Shown in pieces: positions 45,887 through 62,537 of a stretch of DNA of 64,000 nt. The notes under the pieces are model-generated. The model saw only the letters and a list, made by a program, of their open reading frames with translations. It was not told the origin of the DNA and did not search any database. The translations under genes and the position numbers were made by a program. How positions within the stretch are numbered: position 1 is the first letter of the stretch; each line of letters begins with the position of its first letter. Source of the DNA: Trichinella spiralis (Eukaryota); NCBI RefSeq assembly GCF_000181795.1, contig NW_003526941.1, forward strand, positions 124,001-188,000, given 5' to 3'.

Positions 45887-47719
45887 TTAAACCGACTGAC
45901 GATCATCATAATCTTGAACGCGAGCTTTGAGAACGGCGAGCTTTAATCGAAGTTGATAATGCCGATTGCGTACTTCATCGATAGTCTTGTCCTCTTCCCA
46001 CCGATGGTATTTACTGCAAATATCCCTTTCCAGTTGAGAATATTCATCAGAATTTTTGTCATACTGCTTCAGTTGATTAACCATGATCGCAATTTCCTCG
46101 TAAAATTGATTCAACTGCTCATAGCAGCTTATATATTCCGGATAGTCGTTGTCAAATGCCTGCTTGTAACGACGACGCTGCTCGTCAGAGTCGATTGATG
46201 GGAAATCTTTCCAAAAACTGCAATTCGACGGTGGACTACCATTGGAATCGTGGTTCGAAACGCCCATTTCCGACGAACAATGACCATAACCGTTGCTGGT
46301 CACAGCAACGTGCTGTTCAATCGGCGGTGGCTTTTTCGGCTTTGGCATTTGTGAATCCACGTCAGCGGGTCTTTTCCTCGACTGCAGAGTTGTTGAAGCA
46401 GAGTGCGGATTGGCTTGGCGATGATGCGTCGTCAGTTCGGGGTACCCGTTTGTGGTCTTTTTTCCAGCGGAAAACGACTGCTCTTTAGGAGGAATCCGTG
46501 CAGATGAAGATACATCAGAAATTACAGATCGCTGCTTATTTGGAGTAGATTTTTCCTTGTCCAAATCGCGGCAAGATTGATGATGATGCTCTTGTAGTGA
46601 ATGTTCGACACCAGCAGAAGAAGAAGAAGAAGAAGAAACAGCCGCAGCCTTAGCTTTCGCCAATTTCGAAGATGATGAACTGCCCGTCACCGGCCGCACC
46701 CTGCTCGACTCTTTCTTCGGTATGATATCATCAATTACATACGCATTGCGACCACGAGACGACTGAGCTCCGTTGTTTAATTCACGTCTGACCAGTTGAC
46801 GTTCGTAATTGGTATAAAATGGCCAATCACAACTCACCTCAGAAAAGCACTGCGGTTGCAAATCGTAAACACATCCAGAACCGGCGGTTGAGGACTGACT
46901 TTTTCCACCTCGAACTTGCGCAACAGAGTTGAAAGTTGCTTCAAACTGTTGCCTATCCACATCTGACAAGCCCTCTTTGAGCAATCGATTGAGCATACCG
47001 CTGGCCGTGGATGGCCTTATAATCAAATGATGAATTATTCGTTCACGAACCGATTTTTTCGTTATATCAAACCGACTTTTCGTAGGAAGACTGGACGAGG
47101 TCGATGAAGACAACTGGTGACGCTGGTGACCATTGCTTCTCGGCGGTGATACCAGCTGAGATGACCCGGATGACTGGAATGAACTGGAAGCGGAAGTGAC
47201 GGATCCTTTTTTTGAAGATGCATTCATTGCATCTTGCACTTTATTCCATATTTTTTCACTCGCTTTCGACACGCCTTCTTTGGGTTGTTTCAACACTTTC
47301 AGTGCAGATTTCTTCGCCTCTTCCTCCGCTCGCAACGCTTTCTTTTTAATATTGTGATATGAATCGTCAGTAGCTAAAACTTTGATACGATGACGAACAG
47401 CTCCCAACTTAATCCATTCACCGCCGTCCCTGCACTGCTCAATCGCATCCTGAGGTCCTTTGGAACTTGCATCTTGAACTTTCGACAGTGTAAATTTGAA
47501 AGCCTGTGCATCTGGACCAAATGAAATGCGACAATCATCGGGTTGAAATTCAATCGAACCAGATTTAGAAGAAGAACCCGCATAACCATTGCACGTTCGA
47601 ACTGAATCTTGCAAAGACTGCAAACTGCTATCGGTCAGTTTGATGACAAATGCCGTCAGCTGGGGCAAATTAACATCACGTTGCGCCAACGTAAATATCT
47701 CCGAACTGGCGGCCGTCAT
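45887..47719 (-). CDS. ell-1: RNA polymerase II elongation factor ELL, intronless CDS (610 aa)
   Basis: N-terminal IKLTDSSL, VLATDDSY, VRERIIHHL, DWPFY and C-terminal occludin-homology domain (IDSDEQRRRYKQAFDNDYPEY...KLAVLKARVQDYD). Confidence 0.92.
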   Translation of the reverse strand: MTAASSEIFTLAQRDVNLPQLTAFVIKLTDSSLQSLQDSVRTCNGYAGSSSKSGSIEFQPDDCRISFGPDAQAFKFTLSKVQDASSKGPQDAIEQCRDGGEWIKLGAVRHRIKVLATDDSYHNIKKKALRAEEEAKKSALKVLKQPKEGVSKASEKIWNKVQDAMNASSKKGSVTSASSSFQSSGSSQLVSPPRSNGHQRHQLSSSTSSSLPTKSRFDITKKSVRERIIHHLIIRPSTASGMLNRLLKEGLSDVDRQQFEATFNSVAQVRGGKSQSSTAGSGCVYDLQPQCFSEVSCDWPFYTNYERQLVRRELNNGAQSSRGRNAYVIDDIIPKKESSRVRPVTGSSSSSKLAKAKAAAVSSSSSSSAGVEHSLQEHHHQSCRDLDKEKSTPNKQRSVISDVSSSARIPPKEQSFSAGKKTTNGYPELTTHHRQANPHSASTTLQSRKRPADVDSQMPKPKKPPPIEQHVAVTSNGYGHCSSEMGVSNHDSNGSPPSNCSFWKDFPSIDSDEQRRRYKQAFDNDYPEYISCYEQLNQFYEEIAIMVNQLKQYDKNSDEYSQLERDICSKYHRWEEDKTIDEVRNRHYQLRLKLAVLKARVQDYDDRQSV

Positions 47720-48198
47720 TTCAACGAAATCTCAACAAAACTAAAACACGAAAAGAAACCTTACTCAAATTCCAAAAATGGCAACAAACTTATACCCGTA
47801 ATATGTACAAAATAAAAAATGCACATGCCCACCATTATACTGTAAGTCATATTTAATGAAATAGTTTTTAATTAAACGCCTAAAAATAAATAAATGTCCA
47901 AGAAACCTGCAATCTCATCTTCACGAAAAAACATACTGTATTACAGTAACCACAAGAACTTGATTATTAGAAAAGTAACGCATTACAGACAACCGTTACC
48001 ACCCATATTTAACAATAAGACAACAAAAATAGAAATAATAATAGAAAGGATCAATCCTATTTATTAATCATTATCTCTTTCTGAGAACAGGTGGAAAAAT
48101 TAACTTAACTGTTTTGAGATTTAAATTCTACTTCATCAGCGAAAAAGGTAATGTGTGATAAGAAAAAAAATAAATGAGGTAATGCCACTAAATTTCTT

Positions 48199-48201
<3 letters not shown>

Positions 48202-48232
<31 letters not shown>
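48202..48232. repeat. (AT)n microsatellite
   Basis: Seen directly. Confidence 0.9.
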
Positions 48233-48236
<4 letters not shown>

Positions 48237-49933
48237 ATTTATTTATGCATGTATAAACACAAATATGAGTTTATTTAGTTTTACTTTCATAATAAATGTC
48301 AAAAGAAAACATTAAACTGAAAATTACCAAAGTTTCCAGCTAGTCATCAAGGTTAGCATCAATCAATCAATCAATCAATCAATATCATAAAAAATATTCT
48401 TTCATATATATTATTCGGTCAAATCTAAAAGCTGAAAGCAGTTTCCTCCTAGCGTACAGATCAAATCATATGCAAAATATTAAAAAGGAACTGTTCTAAC
48501 TCTAAAACACCAGAAGCCGATTGTTTGAACGTCACGCAACTGCTTTACAGAACGAATTACATAAAATAAGTAAATATTATCATAAATTCGCGTAAAATGT
48601 TATTAACGTCCTGATGCCCAGTGTTTCAAAAAAGCACGTTTTTCATATTAGTCATTCAAAAGAATCAAACAGTTTTACATATACATAACATACGTAAATA
48701 ACTACTTAATGCATAAAACATTACAATACACTTCAAGGTTATTGAATAATGCATAACAAGAATGCTAGTGAAGAAAATTTGAAACATCTGGCTAATCGTA
48801 ATCACCATGAATTTATATACTGGCAACAGATCAAAGTATAAAAATGATTCATTTATTTGAAATAATTTTGCAAAATATAGTAATTGTTGGGACAGAAAAT
48901 TACACAAATACGTAAAAAATTAATCATTCTTACTTAAAAAAACAACAACAATAAATACTGTATAAAAATAAGACAAAAACAACTGAAAAACGATTGAATT
49001 GAATTGAACTGCATGCTGATCAGGTCAACCAGTAAATAAAACGGAAAATGGTTTGGTCGCTTCAGGATTAATTTCTCCAGAAAGTAGTTCATTTTAAAAA
49101 AGTAGAAAGCGCGTTACAAAACTCTAACTGCAGAAATTATAGTTCAAAGTAAAAAATGCAGTTCGATAAAGAAATTGAATTGGCACAATACGGAACTAAA
49201 ACATTCAGACAATTTGAAAAACGCCAACATAACACTCTTTCACTTGTTAAATATTTTAAAAAATTAAAACAAAACTTATTCGACATATGCAAAACATCAT
49301 TACTACCGGTGTGAAATGCAACAAAGTATAGTAATAGTAAAGCAAAATAAAATATCAATCAAAGTATTAATAGTTAATAATAAATAATATGAGAAATATT
49401 CTGACACATAACATTTATTTTTTGAATAGAAAAGAATTTATCAGTGAACCTATACGCGATAAAGATATTAATGTCAAAACAGGATATGACAGACAAGCAA
49501 ATTTAAAACAGTCACAACAAAATAAACAACGGTTTCATCAAAACCATTCAACCAAGAAACAGATACTTATATAGAAGGAAGCATTCAGATTCTTCTTTCT
49601 GAAGTTGCTTGGAATTTTTGGTCAGTACAACTGTACAAAATTAGCCAAAGCCATCAAATTATAAATATTGATTGAGAAAATTCTATGCTCGCAAATATAA
49701 TAACAACAAATAATAAACTCTCTAACAAATGCAAATAAACAAGAAAATTTCTACAGAAAGAAGTTTACCAACTGTATAACTGAAAAACACATCAGTCTGT
49801 TACAAAGTGAAATATATTTAAATTTTAAATTTAATACAACAAATGCAATTAATTCAGTGATAATTTTTACTAAATTTAACTAAAAGATCTGATATGAATG
49901 AAAGTCGAATAAAACAGATTTATACAAAAACAA

Positions 49934-50008
49934 CCAATGCATATTACTTACGTTACATATAACATAATATAAAGATCACAGCCAATGCATTTTACTTACG
50001 TTACATAT
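49934..50008. repeat. Two 27-nt direct repeats at 48-nt period
   Basis: ccaatgcatattacttacgttacatat at 49934 and ccaatgcattttacttacgttacatat at 49982. Confidence 0.85.
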
Positions 50009-50605
50009 GAACTTTACATTGAAAAGGTTTCATCATATCAATGCTTGAAAAGGAAATTTCACCGTACGAGAAAGTGGTAAACATTGTCAATCCCAAGGAA
50101 CAGTTATGCGCTCAGAATGTGCAGGTTTTACATACAGTATGACAATTGCTTTTTGAAACATTGAATCAAATTCGGCAATAAAATTGTTTTCACATTTGCA
50201 GCACTTAATTTGTATGCATTAAATTTTATTTTTCCATGCAAAATTTATGATCTTTCCATTTTACTTTTACAGTTTATTTCTTTGTTGCTTTAATGCTTAA
50301 TAAAAATATTAATTCAACACTAAACATAAATAATCATGAACAAATTCACATCAATGTCCAAACAATTGATTTATACTACCATTCTATACATAAATCAATG
50401 TTATTTCTATTAATTAAAAAATAATTAAGCATTATTTTATCCAATTTTCATGCAAAACAACAAATGCATCATGGAGTGAGTATACATACGTATACGACAT
50501 AAATGTACATAACAAAACGTAAGAAAAGCAACAACAAAATTGAGCACAATACATTTCACATGAATAATTTTCATTAGACCATTCCAACCAGCAGCGAAAT
50601 AACTA

Positions 50606-52723
50606 CTAAGGCTTGAATTTCACAAATGGTTCATTAGGAACACATGTCGCCAACTTGGCGCTAGCCGGCGTCATCCTGCTTATTTGATGGTCAACATACC
50701 AGTCGTGAAAGTACATAAGTATAATCAAAGGTTGTCCTAGAATAATTGATAGCCAGACAAGAAAATTTCCCCATATTCGATGGGATTTTGGCACAGCTGT
50801 CGTCAAAACGTTCAACGGAATTTGAGCAAGCATGCCTGCAAACATCCAAATGCGAAATATGTGCATTGGTATGCTGATTAAATATTCGTGAAAGAAGGCT
50901 GAAACTATGAATACCAAAAGATTAGAGAAAGATTTTGAATAGCCACGTGACAACAGTGGAATATACAAATGACGGACACACCATCGGTGAACTGGTATAT
51001 TCCAACTTTGCCAAAAATACTGAGAAGTTTCCGCATTCCACCAATCACGATAAAAACCTCGATCACCAAAATAAAGCAATTCGCCGAGAAAATTTAAAAA
51101 TGAATGAAACAGGAAGTAAAAATTAATTAACCATATGATGATATTGGGTACAGCTAGTTTCAACATTCGCTCCAACATTCTGCTGTAATCCATCATTTTC
51201 AGCGGCTCAACTGCGTTCATCATGAGAGGATAAATCCACTGTTGGCACAATGCAAACACAACTTGTGGTAGAAACAACACTTCCAGAAAACGCTTCAAAA
51301 GAAACGTTTTTCGAATTTTCTTCGTCCTAAAGCGACAAATTTAATTAGTAATTGAAAACACTTTCTGAAGCATTCTAAAGCATAAAAATTGCTTTGATTT
51401 GCTTTCACATAAAAATAAAACACACAATGCTCAACGCTGTATCAATATTCAACATGAACCTCCTCAGTACTAATGAAATTTAATGAGTGCTTCACTTTGT
51501 CAGTGAACATATCTATCTGAAGTGTAAAATAAACAGTTTTGCTGCGTTCAATAGTTCTCGTTAAAAAGTACAATTTTACATTATTAAAAAAAAGCTACTG
51601 GAAATACTACTAAAAGTTTTTAAATAAACCTATAGAAAAACTTAATGAATGTTCTTACTACAATTTTAAGTATTCAATAATCATAACTTTATTAAACATC
51701 AAATAAGCATTTGCTAATAAACGTAATGTATAATAATACAAAAAAAAACTTATCCGATTTAATTTTAATTGTGTAATTTAATAAGATAATAAGTAAAACA
51801 TAATACATCTCATGGTTAACAGTAATAACTAATAAAAACTCAAAAAACAAAAAAAAAATATCTACCTACTGTTCTACTTATTGTCACAATAATTTTTAAA
51901 AATTTGTCTAAAAACTACGTAAAACTGCATAAATAAAACGTCATGCTGTGTATTTTAGTATAAAATTTAAAAAGAAAAGCATACATAACCAGTATAAAAA
52001 CAAATACCTAGGATAGTTGAGTTCGTAACACAAAGTTGGAGCGAGGATGAAATAATATAAATTAAAAATCGTCAAATTGGCTGGATAAGATTTATGCGAT
52101 GATGAATTTGCATTAGGTGCAAAATCAGTAACGCCACCTTTCGCCTTTAAAAAATAATCACAGCGACACCAATAATTCACATGTGCATAGGATATGAGCT
52201 TCAAATACAATATAGCATAGCACATAAGGCAAAAAGAAGCAACCAGTGGATTGATATCAGAAGCAAGAATGATAATGGCAGGAAAAAATAAAATGGTACT
52301 TGTGTTCACAAAAGTAATCATAAAAACCATTCGATTGCTCAAAATATTTTTCAAAGAAAGTTTTTCAGTAATAAAAGCTGTCCAAATGAACAGATGGCTC
52401 ACTAAGAGGACAAGTATAACTGGAAAAGTATTCACATGAGCAACATAATCAAGCAATATCTTCTTGTGATTGATCAACAAACCATATTTGATAAAATTTT
52501 CAAGAGCAACACGCAAATTGGAAAGCACCAGCAAAATCATGGAAAATGTGAAAAAACCACGATAATTGGTCAAAGTATTTGAACTGCAAAGCAGTGAATC
52601 CTCTGCAATATGACATGGGCGATCTGGAGAAGAATTCCACCGGCCATTGCTTGTTTTGGTGCCAGCGTCAGCTTTCTTACTGCCATCAGACATATTCTGC
52701 ACTTTTCTGATTTTAACATCCAT
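50606..52723 (-). CDS. DGAT1: Diacylglycerol O-acyltransferase 1 (MBOAT); two coding exons, intron 51327-52007
   Basis: CHIAEDSLL, NYRG, LENFIKYG, LKLISYAHVN, APTLCYELNYPR, FGDRGFYRDWWN, WNIPVHRW and catalytic SAFFHEY. Confidence 0.95.
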
Positions 52724-53464
52724 ACTCAGAACAGATATACATCAAAGACAGTGAATCAGTAAATGAAAAAAAATATTCAAATAGTTTTGAAACATAAGCA
52801 TTTACATTACAGTAAGCTACAGTAGGGAAAAAGAAAAATAATTATAATAAAGATTTATTCTGATGAGCACATTAAACAAAACATGCATCTCAACATTTTA
52901 AGATATTGTTTCTATAATATCATATCATGGGAAAAGTGCAACTTAACATGCCCACATTATCATTTATTTTAACTCAAAGATTAAAACTACCCATTTAAAC
53001 GGTTATACTTATTTATATACAATGAAATACACGTAAAACAGATCCATCAATAATTAATATGCTACACATTTCATTTAACAAAAGCAAAACATATGATAAA
53101 AGGACAATAAGAAAAGAAACGCATATTATTTGGTTTTAAAATTATAAATGTTCTCTAAAAAATGAAATCCTATAAACAGATAGATGTATTTTAATTAGAT
53201 CACAGTCATGGGGAGTTCCCGTTGGACAAGCCATCAGATGGCCAAATGTCACCAAATATCGAGCAAAAAGTGTGGGTGAAACAGCAAAAAATACCACTTA
53301 CACCTGATAAAAGAAGAAGATGAAGAAGAAGAATCATATATTCAACTTTTGTAAAACACAAAAAATGCATGCATGCACATGCAAATTTTTATGTAAAAAT
53401 TGAAATAATTCAAAACGTAAAACAGTTCCGCAGAATATATACAAAAACAACAAAAAGTAGTGAA

Positions 53465-55731
<2,267 letters not shown>

Positions 55732-58700
55732 GCCTGCACTCAGTATAGTTGAACTCACCAAACGTTGCAACTGAATTATTTATCAAATCTACAAAATTCA
55801 TTTTCAAATTGTCAAAATAATAAAAAGTTTAAAATAAAAAATTATCATTCAAAATTCATTCAAAAACAATGAAATATTTCAAAAAGCAATATTAATAAAT
55901 ACGATGCTCAAAAATTAGTTAAAAACCATAGAAGAATTATTAAATACTAAGTAAAATACAAAATCACACCGTGTAAAATAAAGAGTAAAAAAAAAGCTCC
56001 ATCACAATTTTAACACTGAATATTTTAATGGATATCATTTATACTTGAAAATCAGTATCTTAGGTTTATAGTATATAAGCGCTTTACAAAATTGAGCACA
56101 ATTACAAAACTTCTCGACGAGATTCTGATGGAAAATTTAATTTCCCACAGTGGCCTGAGTGTAAATTCGAAATGTTCATCATTCACCGCTTGTGTGTCAA
56201 CGGTCTCCTGTACTGTTTTACTACTTACTTTTACTTTATAGCAGACTATTTAATTCAATCTGTTTAAAAAACATTCTTATGAATACACAAACGAAATACA
56301 ACACTTTAAAGAGACCGCCAAAATAACATCTCTTCATTAACTACTACCTAAACTACAACACTACGTAATTAATACATGTAAAAATGGAAATTTTATGCTT
56401 GCATTTCAACGTATTCTTCAATCAATAATATATTCACATTGACCTGTTACATTAGTGACTCAAATGGTTCAAAGTGAAATTTTCTTCTCAAAAATCAGTA
56501 GTTAATCGCTTAATCATCAACAGGAAAGAAAACATGTTTTTTAATTTTAAAATATTTAAAAGTTAATTATCTCTACTAAAAATTTTTTATTTAACTTTAT
56601 CTAATAGCATAGCAAACAAGTAATACTCCCGTAACGGCGTAATATAACAAATCTATTGACATTACTCGTCTGTACATCATAAATAATACAATATTAATTA
56701 TCTCCTGCTTGCAATGAACATTGCATAAGGTATGAAATTAAAGCTTAATAATAAAATAGCATAAAAACAACAACATCTTAAATTACAAAGATACTGTTAA
56801 TAAAGGAACTCTAAAATAATTCAAAATAAATAATAAAATTAAAAAAATGTTGTCCCCTTAAATAAAAATTCCACACAACTTCTACTTTACTAGCAGCGAA
56901 GCGACTTTTATTTCATTAAAAACATCACACAAGCACTGACTGATAAAGTAAACAAAAAAGCAAGCAAACACGATCTGCCAACATGAAAACCTGACACAAA
57001 ATACATGCATAATAGGTGGGTAACACCGCTAAGCTAAAAACAAATTTCTCAATGACCATGATTATCTATAAATAAAATCTTTCAAAATAAAACTAAAATC
57101 ATGGAAATAGACTTTAATAAAAAAATTTTACTCGTAACGTAACGCTGACACACGCTGCTAACACCTTAGCCTGCCAAAATATATCACACTTAAGTAGCGT
57201 TTGAAAAATACAATAATAGCCCAACAGTTCAAATAATGCTCAATAGGTTTAATAATTAAAATACTATCAAAATTTATTCCTATCAAACAAAAATCCACAA
57301 TAATTTATAGCCTTTGAGAACTGATCAACTTTCAGTTTTACAGAATATACAATATTATGCCAATTTTGCTTCGATGTTTTTCAACATTCAAACAATAAAC
57401 ATGAATCACCGTATGAAAAATCACTTCTAAATGCAAACTGACTGTTCAAAGCCAGAATTTGAGAAATAGAAACAAATCTCCCATCAGTTGATAAAATTTA
57501 ATAACAACTAAACGAACAAACTAATATAAGTTTAACTGAACATTCTAATTTTCCCTTCGATAGGTATTCTTTGTCGTAACATTATTAACCATTTTGATCA
57601 TAAATCATCAAAGAAACTGCTGTAATAATAAAAAGCAAATAACACGTAACTTACATGTAATGTAAGTTCAAAAATATTCGCTTGCTTCAATTTTTGTGCA
57701 AAAAAACTCAACACTCCAGAAAGATTTATCAAAAACCCCAATATTTACTATGGTTCAAAATTCTACAAAAATTTAATTGTGATAAGCAAGTTAAATTGAA
57801 TAAATGCTGCATTACTGTATTTCTAAGAGATAAGCTGAAAAAGCCTTTAAACTTTTTATCTCTAGTTAAAATGATTTTTTACAGTATTTCATTTAAATTT
57901 TATATAAATTTTTCATACCCATTTTTACGTCATTTTGGAATTTTGCAATCATGCTGTTGTTTTTCTTTTTTATTCTTTTCTTATTTCTTTATATTCTTAT
58001 TATTATAAATATTTAAATTTAAAATTATTTTTAAATGAATTACATAGCAGTAAATTTAAATTACATATATATATATTCATTTATTTATTTATTTATTTAT
58101 ATTACAATAACTTTGACGTGTTTTTAATTTTGTATTTCTGAAGTAGTTGTATCAATAAGACGTAAAGAACAATTAAACAATCACAAATTCCGTTCAGTCT
58201 GTGTCAGCAGTGCGTGATTGAGATTTAAATTTCAAATTCATATTTTGATAAGATAGGGATAAAATTTGAACAAAACAGCTACGACGTTGAGTAGATACAT
58301 TTATCAAAAATTATTTATTAACTATTCAATGTCAATATATTATATATTAAATATACAAGTATATAATACCCTTTGCTATTTTAGAATAACAAAACAAATA
58401 AATTTCTGAATTGTCAATAACGACAAATATTTTTAAAGGTTGTTGTTATAAATTTCATCGATTTGAAAGTTTTTCAATTGTGGATGAAATTAACCAATTA
58501 TCTTTCAGTTGAGAAAATGAAGGAATGCTACAGTTTGAAACTGAAACAAAAATATATGCAAATTGGATTGAAAATTATATTTTTAAACTAAAATATAAAT
58601 ATGCATATGTATGATGATGAATGTGTCAGTAAACTTTCTAAACTATATATAATTAATACTTTCAGGTCAATTTCACGTTCACGTTTTAATTGTCATATAA

Positions 58701-59350
58701 CAATTGCAATTGTAATTGAATTATTTTTGTTTGTTAGGCGTAATTCATTAACCAACTTGATAAAACTGACATTTATCAATGTGCATTTAATTAATTGTAC
58801 CGATAAATTGCCTACTAAATAACAGAAAGTTGCATGTCTCTGATGAAAAGTGCAAGTCAAACGGCAACACCCTTTTGCGTCTAGAAGCAAGCACGTTTAA
58901 CTAACTAACTGGCCGTTGTGTTTATACGCGACAGTAGATGCAACGCTCTGACATTAGATTTTTATCAACTTGAAACGCCAGTTGGAAAAAGTGAAAACTG
59001 ATCCATTTCAAATTAAACGCCAGAGTAATATTTGATTAGAGACTTCTATTGAGAAAAAACTCGCCTTTAAAATCAAGTACTAGTTTAAATGAATGCAACC
59101 GAAAAAAACAAACTTTATATATATGTGTATACATATATATATATATAAGTTGAAAATTTTTGCCATTTATGCATTTCTGGTCAACTAGCTGTGTGAATGG
59201 CAAAGCATAATTGAAATTCTAATTTTCTTTATCAAACTTCATTTGTTCAACTAGACTGCATGCATGCATGCAAGTGTACATTAGTGGCGCTATTTTTGAA
59301 CAAGCAGTAACAGAAGAACGTTAACTTCGAGAAAGAATACATGAAGAAAA

Positions 59351-62217
59351 ATGCTTGCCGATAAAAGAACAAGTAAATCAGAAACTCTTTTGAAACATGT
59401 CAATGAAGAAGATCATACATCCAATGGAGTAGACATTGAAAAATTACTCCTCTGTGGTCCTTATCAAGCACTTATATTTCTTCTGTATCAGTTTACAATG
59501 TTCGTTCAAGCAATGAACATGTCATTTATGGTTTACGGTAAAGTTGAACCAAACTGGAGTTGTGCTAGCGATGGAAGATTTCAGTTTGCAAATCAAACTG
59601 AAAAGCATCACTGTGCATTAATTCAGAATGGTTCTTGTCCGAACATAACTTGGACTATTACGTTTTACTCGATCGTGCCTGAGGTATGTTTGAAACTTCA
59701 TTAATAAGAAATTCTGGAAATTACACTTGTTCCCTTGTAATTAATAAATTTCGCGATGGCAGAATTAATTTTTCGCCATTAAAATAATTTTAGTGGAACT
59801 TGATCTGCGACAAAGCGCACATCGTTTATTGGATAATATCAATTCAAATGGCAGGAGTTATGATCGGAACACCGGCTATTAGTCATCTATCTGATTTGTT
59901 GGGAAGAAGAAAAGTAAGTAAAGTGAATATTTATGAGCATTACGTAAAATACTGCATTTAGATACTAGGAATATCACTGCTGCTGCAAATTATACTTGGC
60001 ATTGCTAGTGGATTATCTCAAAATTGGGAAACGTTTGCAGCGCTTCGATTTTGCATGGGCATTTTAACAGGAGGCTGTCTGGTAGTTGTCCATGTGTACA
60101 TTGTTGAAAGTATTACAAAAAGCAATCGAATGTGGATGATGTCAGTCGGTAATATAACAGATTTCACGTACAACAAATTAATCACATTCCTATCAGAATA
60201 CACTTTCATTCATTTCATTAAATCACATTCATTACAACTTCTACCGCATTATAACTCGACAAAATTCAATACAGCCATATACATATATATATACATTAAA
60301 AATTTCTTTCAGGTGGATTCGCTTTTGGCTTTGTTATTTTCAATGTAATTGCTTACTTCTGTGGTCATTGGCGATCACTATCCATTTATGGACATCTGAT
60401 TGCTATAGTACCATTAATTTTAACTGCGTAAGTTGAACGTTAGTACACGTGGAAAAGTATACAGATTACAATGAATCATTTTCAATGCTAGAATTTTACA
60501 AGAAACTCCTCGGTGGCTGTTGCAAAAGAAGAGAAACATCGATGCGCTGAAGGCGGTGAAAACGATTCTTCGATGGAATAAAAAATCAGAAACTTTTAAC
60601 GAGGAAAAATGGCAAGCGTTGGTGAGAAGAATGCAAACCAAAACTACCAGTAAAACATCCTTTTGGAGTTTGTTTCTAAATATTAAATCTGCCCTATACA
60701 CGACTTGTCTAGCCTATTCTATGTAAGCGAATAAACTATGCCTTTCTTTTTTCTTTTTAATCATTTCTAAATAGGAAATTTTAGGTTTACTATAAATTTA
60801 ATTTCTTACGGTATATTGTTCACCTTGGATGAACTAGTTGGAAATATATACTTCAATGCATTCATTCTGTCAATAGTTCGATGGATCGGTTCAGTGATGA
60901 CAACTGTACTTGATCGATTTTTCAAGTAATCTTAACTCTCTGATTATTAACTATTAGATACATATTCTGATATGAAATATACAAGTAAGTGTTCATCACT
61001 TTAGATGCTGTGGAAGAAAGCTACTTGTTCAAACTGCCATGGCGATAATTGCAACTTGTTGCACAGCAATTGCAATTTTTGAAATCACCGGTAATAAATG
61101 CTTCAATTACATTAACAAACATCATTCACCTTTTTTGCATACGTATATGTATACTTATTTATATATTCATGTACTTGATAAATATAGTTTTAAAATTACA
61201 AAATTTACAAAAAATTTGCAGATTAAAAAAATAATTAACATAATCGAAATTATCAATATTTAGGTATGAGTCAGAAAACAGTGAACAATACTCTAATTTT
61301 TATCGCATCTATTTCCACTCCAACAGTATGGATAGGACTGAGCTTGATTTCCGTTGAACTTTATCCAACTTCAATACGGTAAGCTAATTTAGATGTCTAA
61401 TACACAACTTCTAACAACAACACGAAATAATTCAGCTTAAAACAACACCAATAACACGACACAAAGCAAAATTGTGCGGTCTTGACGAAATTTAGACTGC
61501 ATTTAAAAAAAACAATTTTTTCTTCAACCCTGATAAAAATCTTACCTGAAATTATTGCATATGTACAATTCTTATTAAGCGTAAAATGAATGCATAAATT
61601 CTGTGCACAGATGCCAAATCTAATGACTAGATAGATAGATGTATGCAGTTGAAAATAACATAATAAGAGAGTACACACGAAGTGAATAAGTGAAACATGA
61701 ACACACGAGTTAGACTAAATAATTAATTATTGACCAGTTCATTGCATTACTATTAAAAGATTTACATATTTACACAATGTTATCAGCCAATAGAAGAGAT
61801 AATGAAACTGAAGCATGCTTATCAAACTTTCTGTATTAATAAAAGTAAACAAAGACTCATAAAATCATTATCAACAACAAAAAATTAAATACAATTTTAC
61901 ACAAAGAATACCTCTTTCAGAAATACGGCGCTAGGATTCGTTTCATTTTTCACTCGTCTTTCCGGCGTAATTACCCCACAAATTTTACTTCTAGTATGAA
62001 TATTACTGAATAAACAAAATAATTGGAAATTTATAAATGCAAATTTCAGGACAAGCTGTGGAAACCTTGCCCGTTTGTAGTGTTTTCCGTTTCATCGGTG
62101 CTTTTCATTTTATTCTTTCAATTTACTATTCCTGAAACCAAAGGAATGGCACTGGTGGAAGAATTACCGAATGCTAGAGAAAAAAAGTCACTTACAAAAG
62201 CCATCAGTGATAATTAA
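59351..62217 (+). CDS. SLC22 organic cation transporter-like MFS protein, multi-exon
   Basis: SIVPEWNLIC, SDLLGRRK, ETPRWL, ELYPTSIRNTALG and IPETKG motifs; exons join in frame. Confidence 0.92.
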
Positions 62218-62537
62218 TTTTACCTGAATAGCTGAAAAAATAATTTCTTCTCATTTCGAACGTACCCTTATATAGCATTATTCTTGTGAGAAATAAAAGC
62301 AAAATTTTTTAACGATATGCTCCGCATACATCCCCATACAACCATATTCAATAAGCAAATCAGTTGTCTTTATTTGCAAACCTAAAAATATAATATTACA
62401 CGTACAATTGAATAATTAAATTGTTGTTAAATTGAAAAGAAAAAAATTTTTTTTCTTTTTACTGCTCACGTCGAACCATTTTGTAATAAGCAATCAAAAA
62501 CTACAGTGTTCAACATGCTCAAGTTTTATTTATTTAT

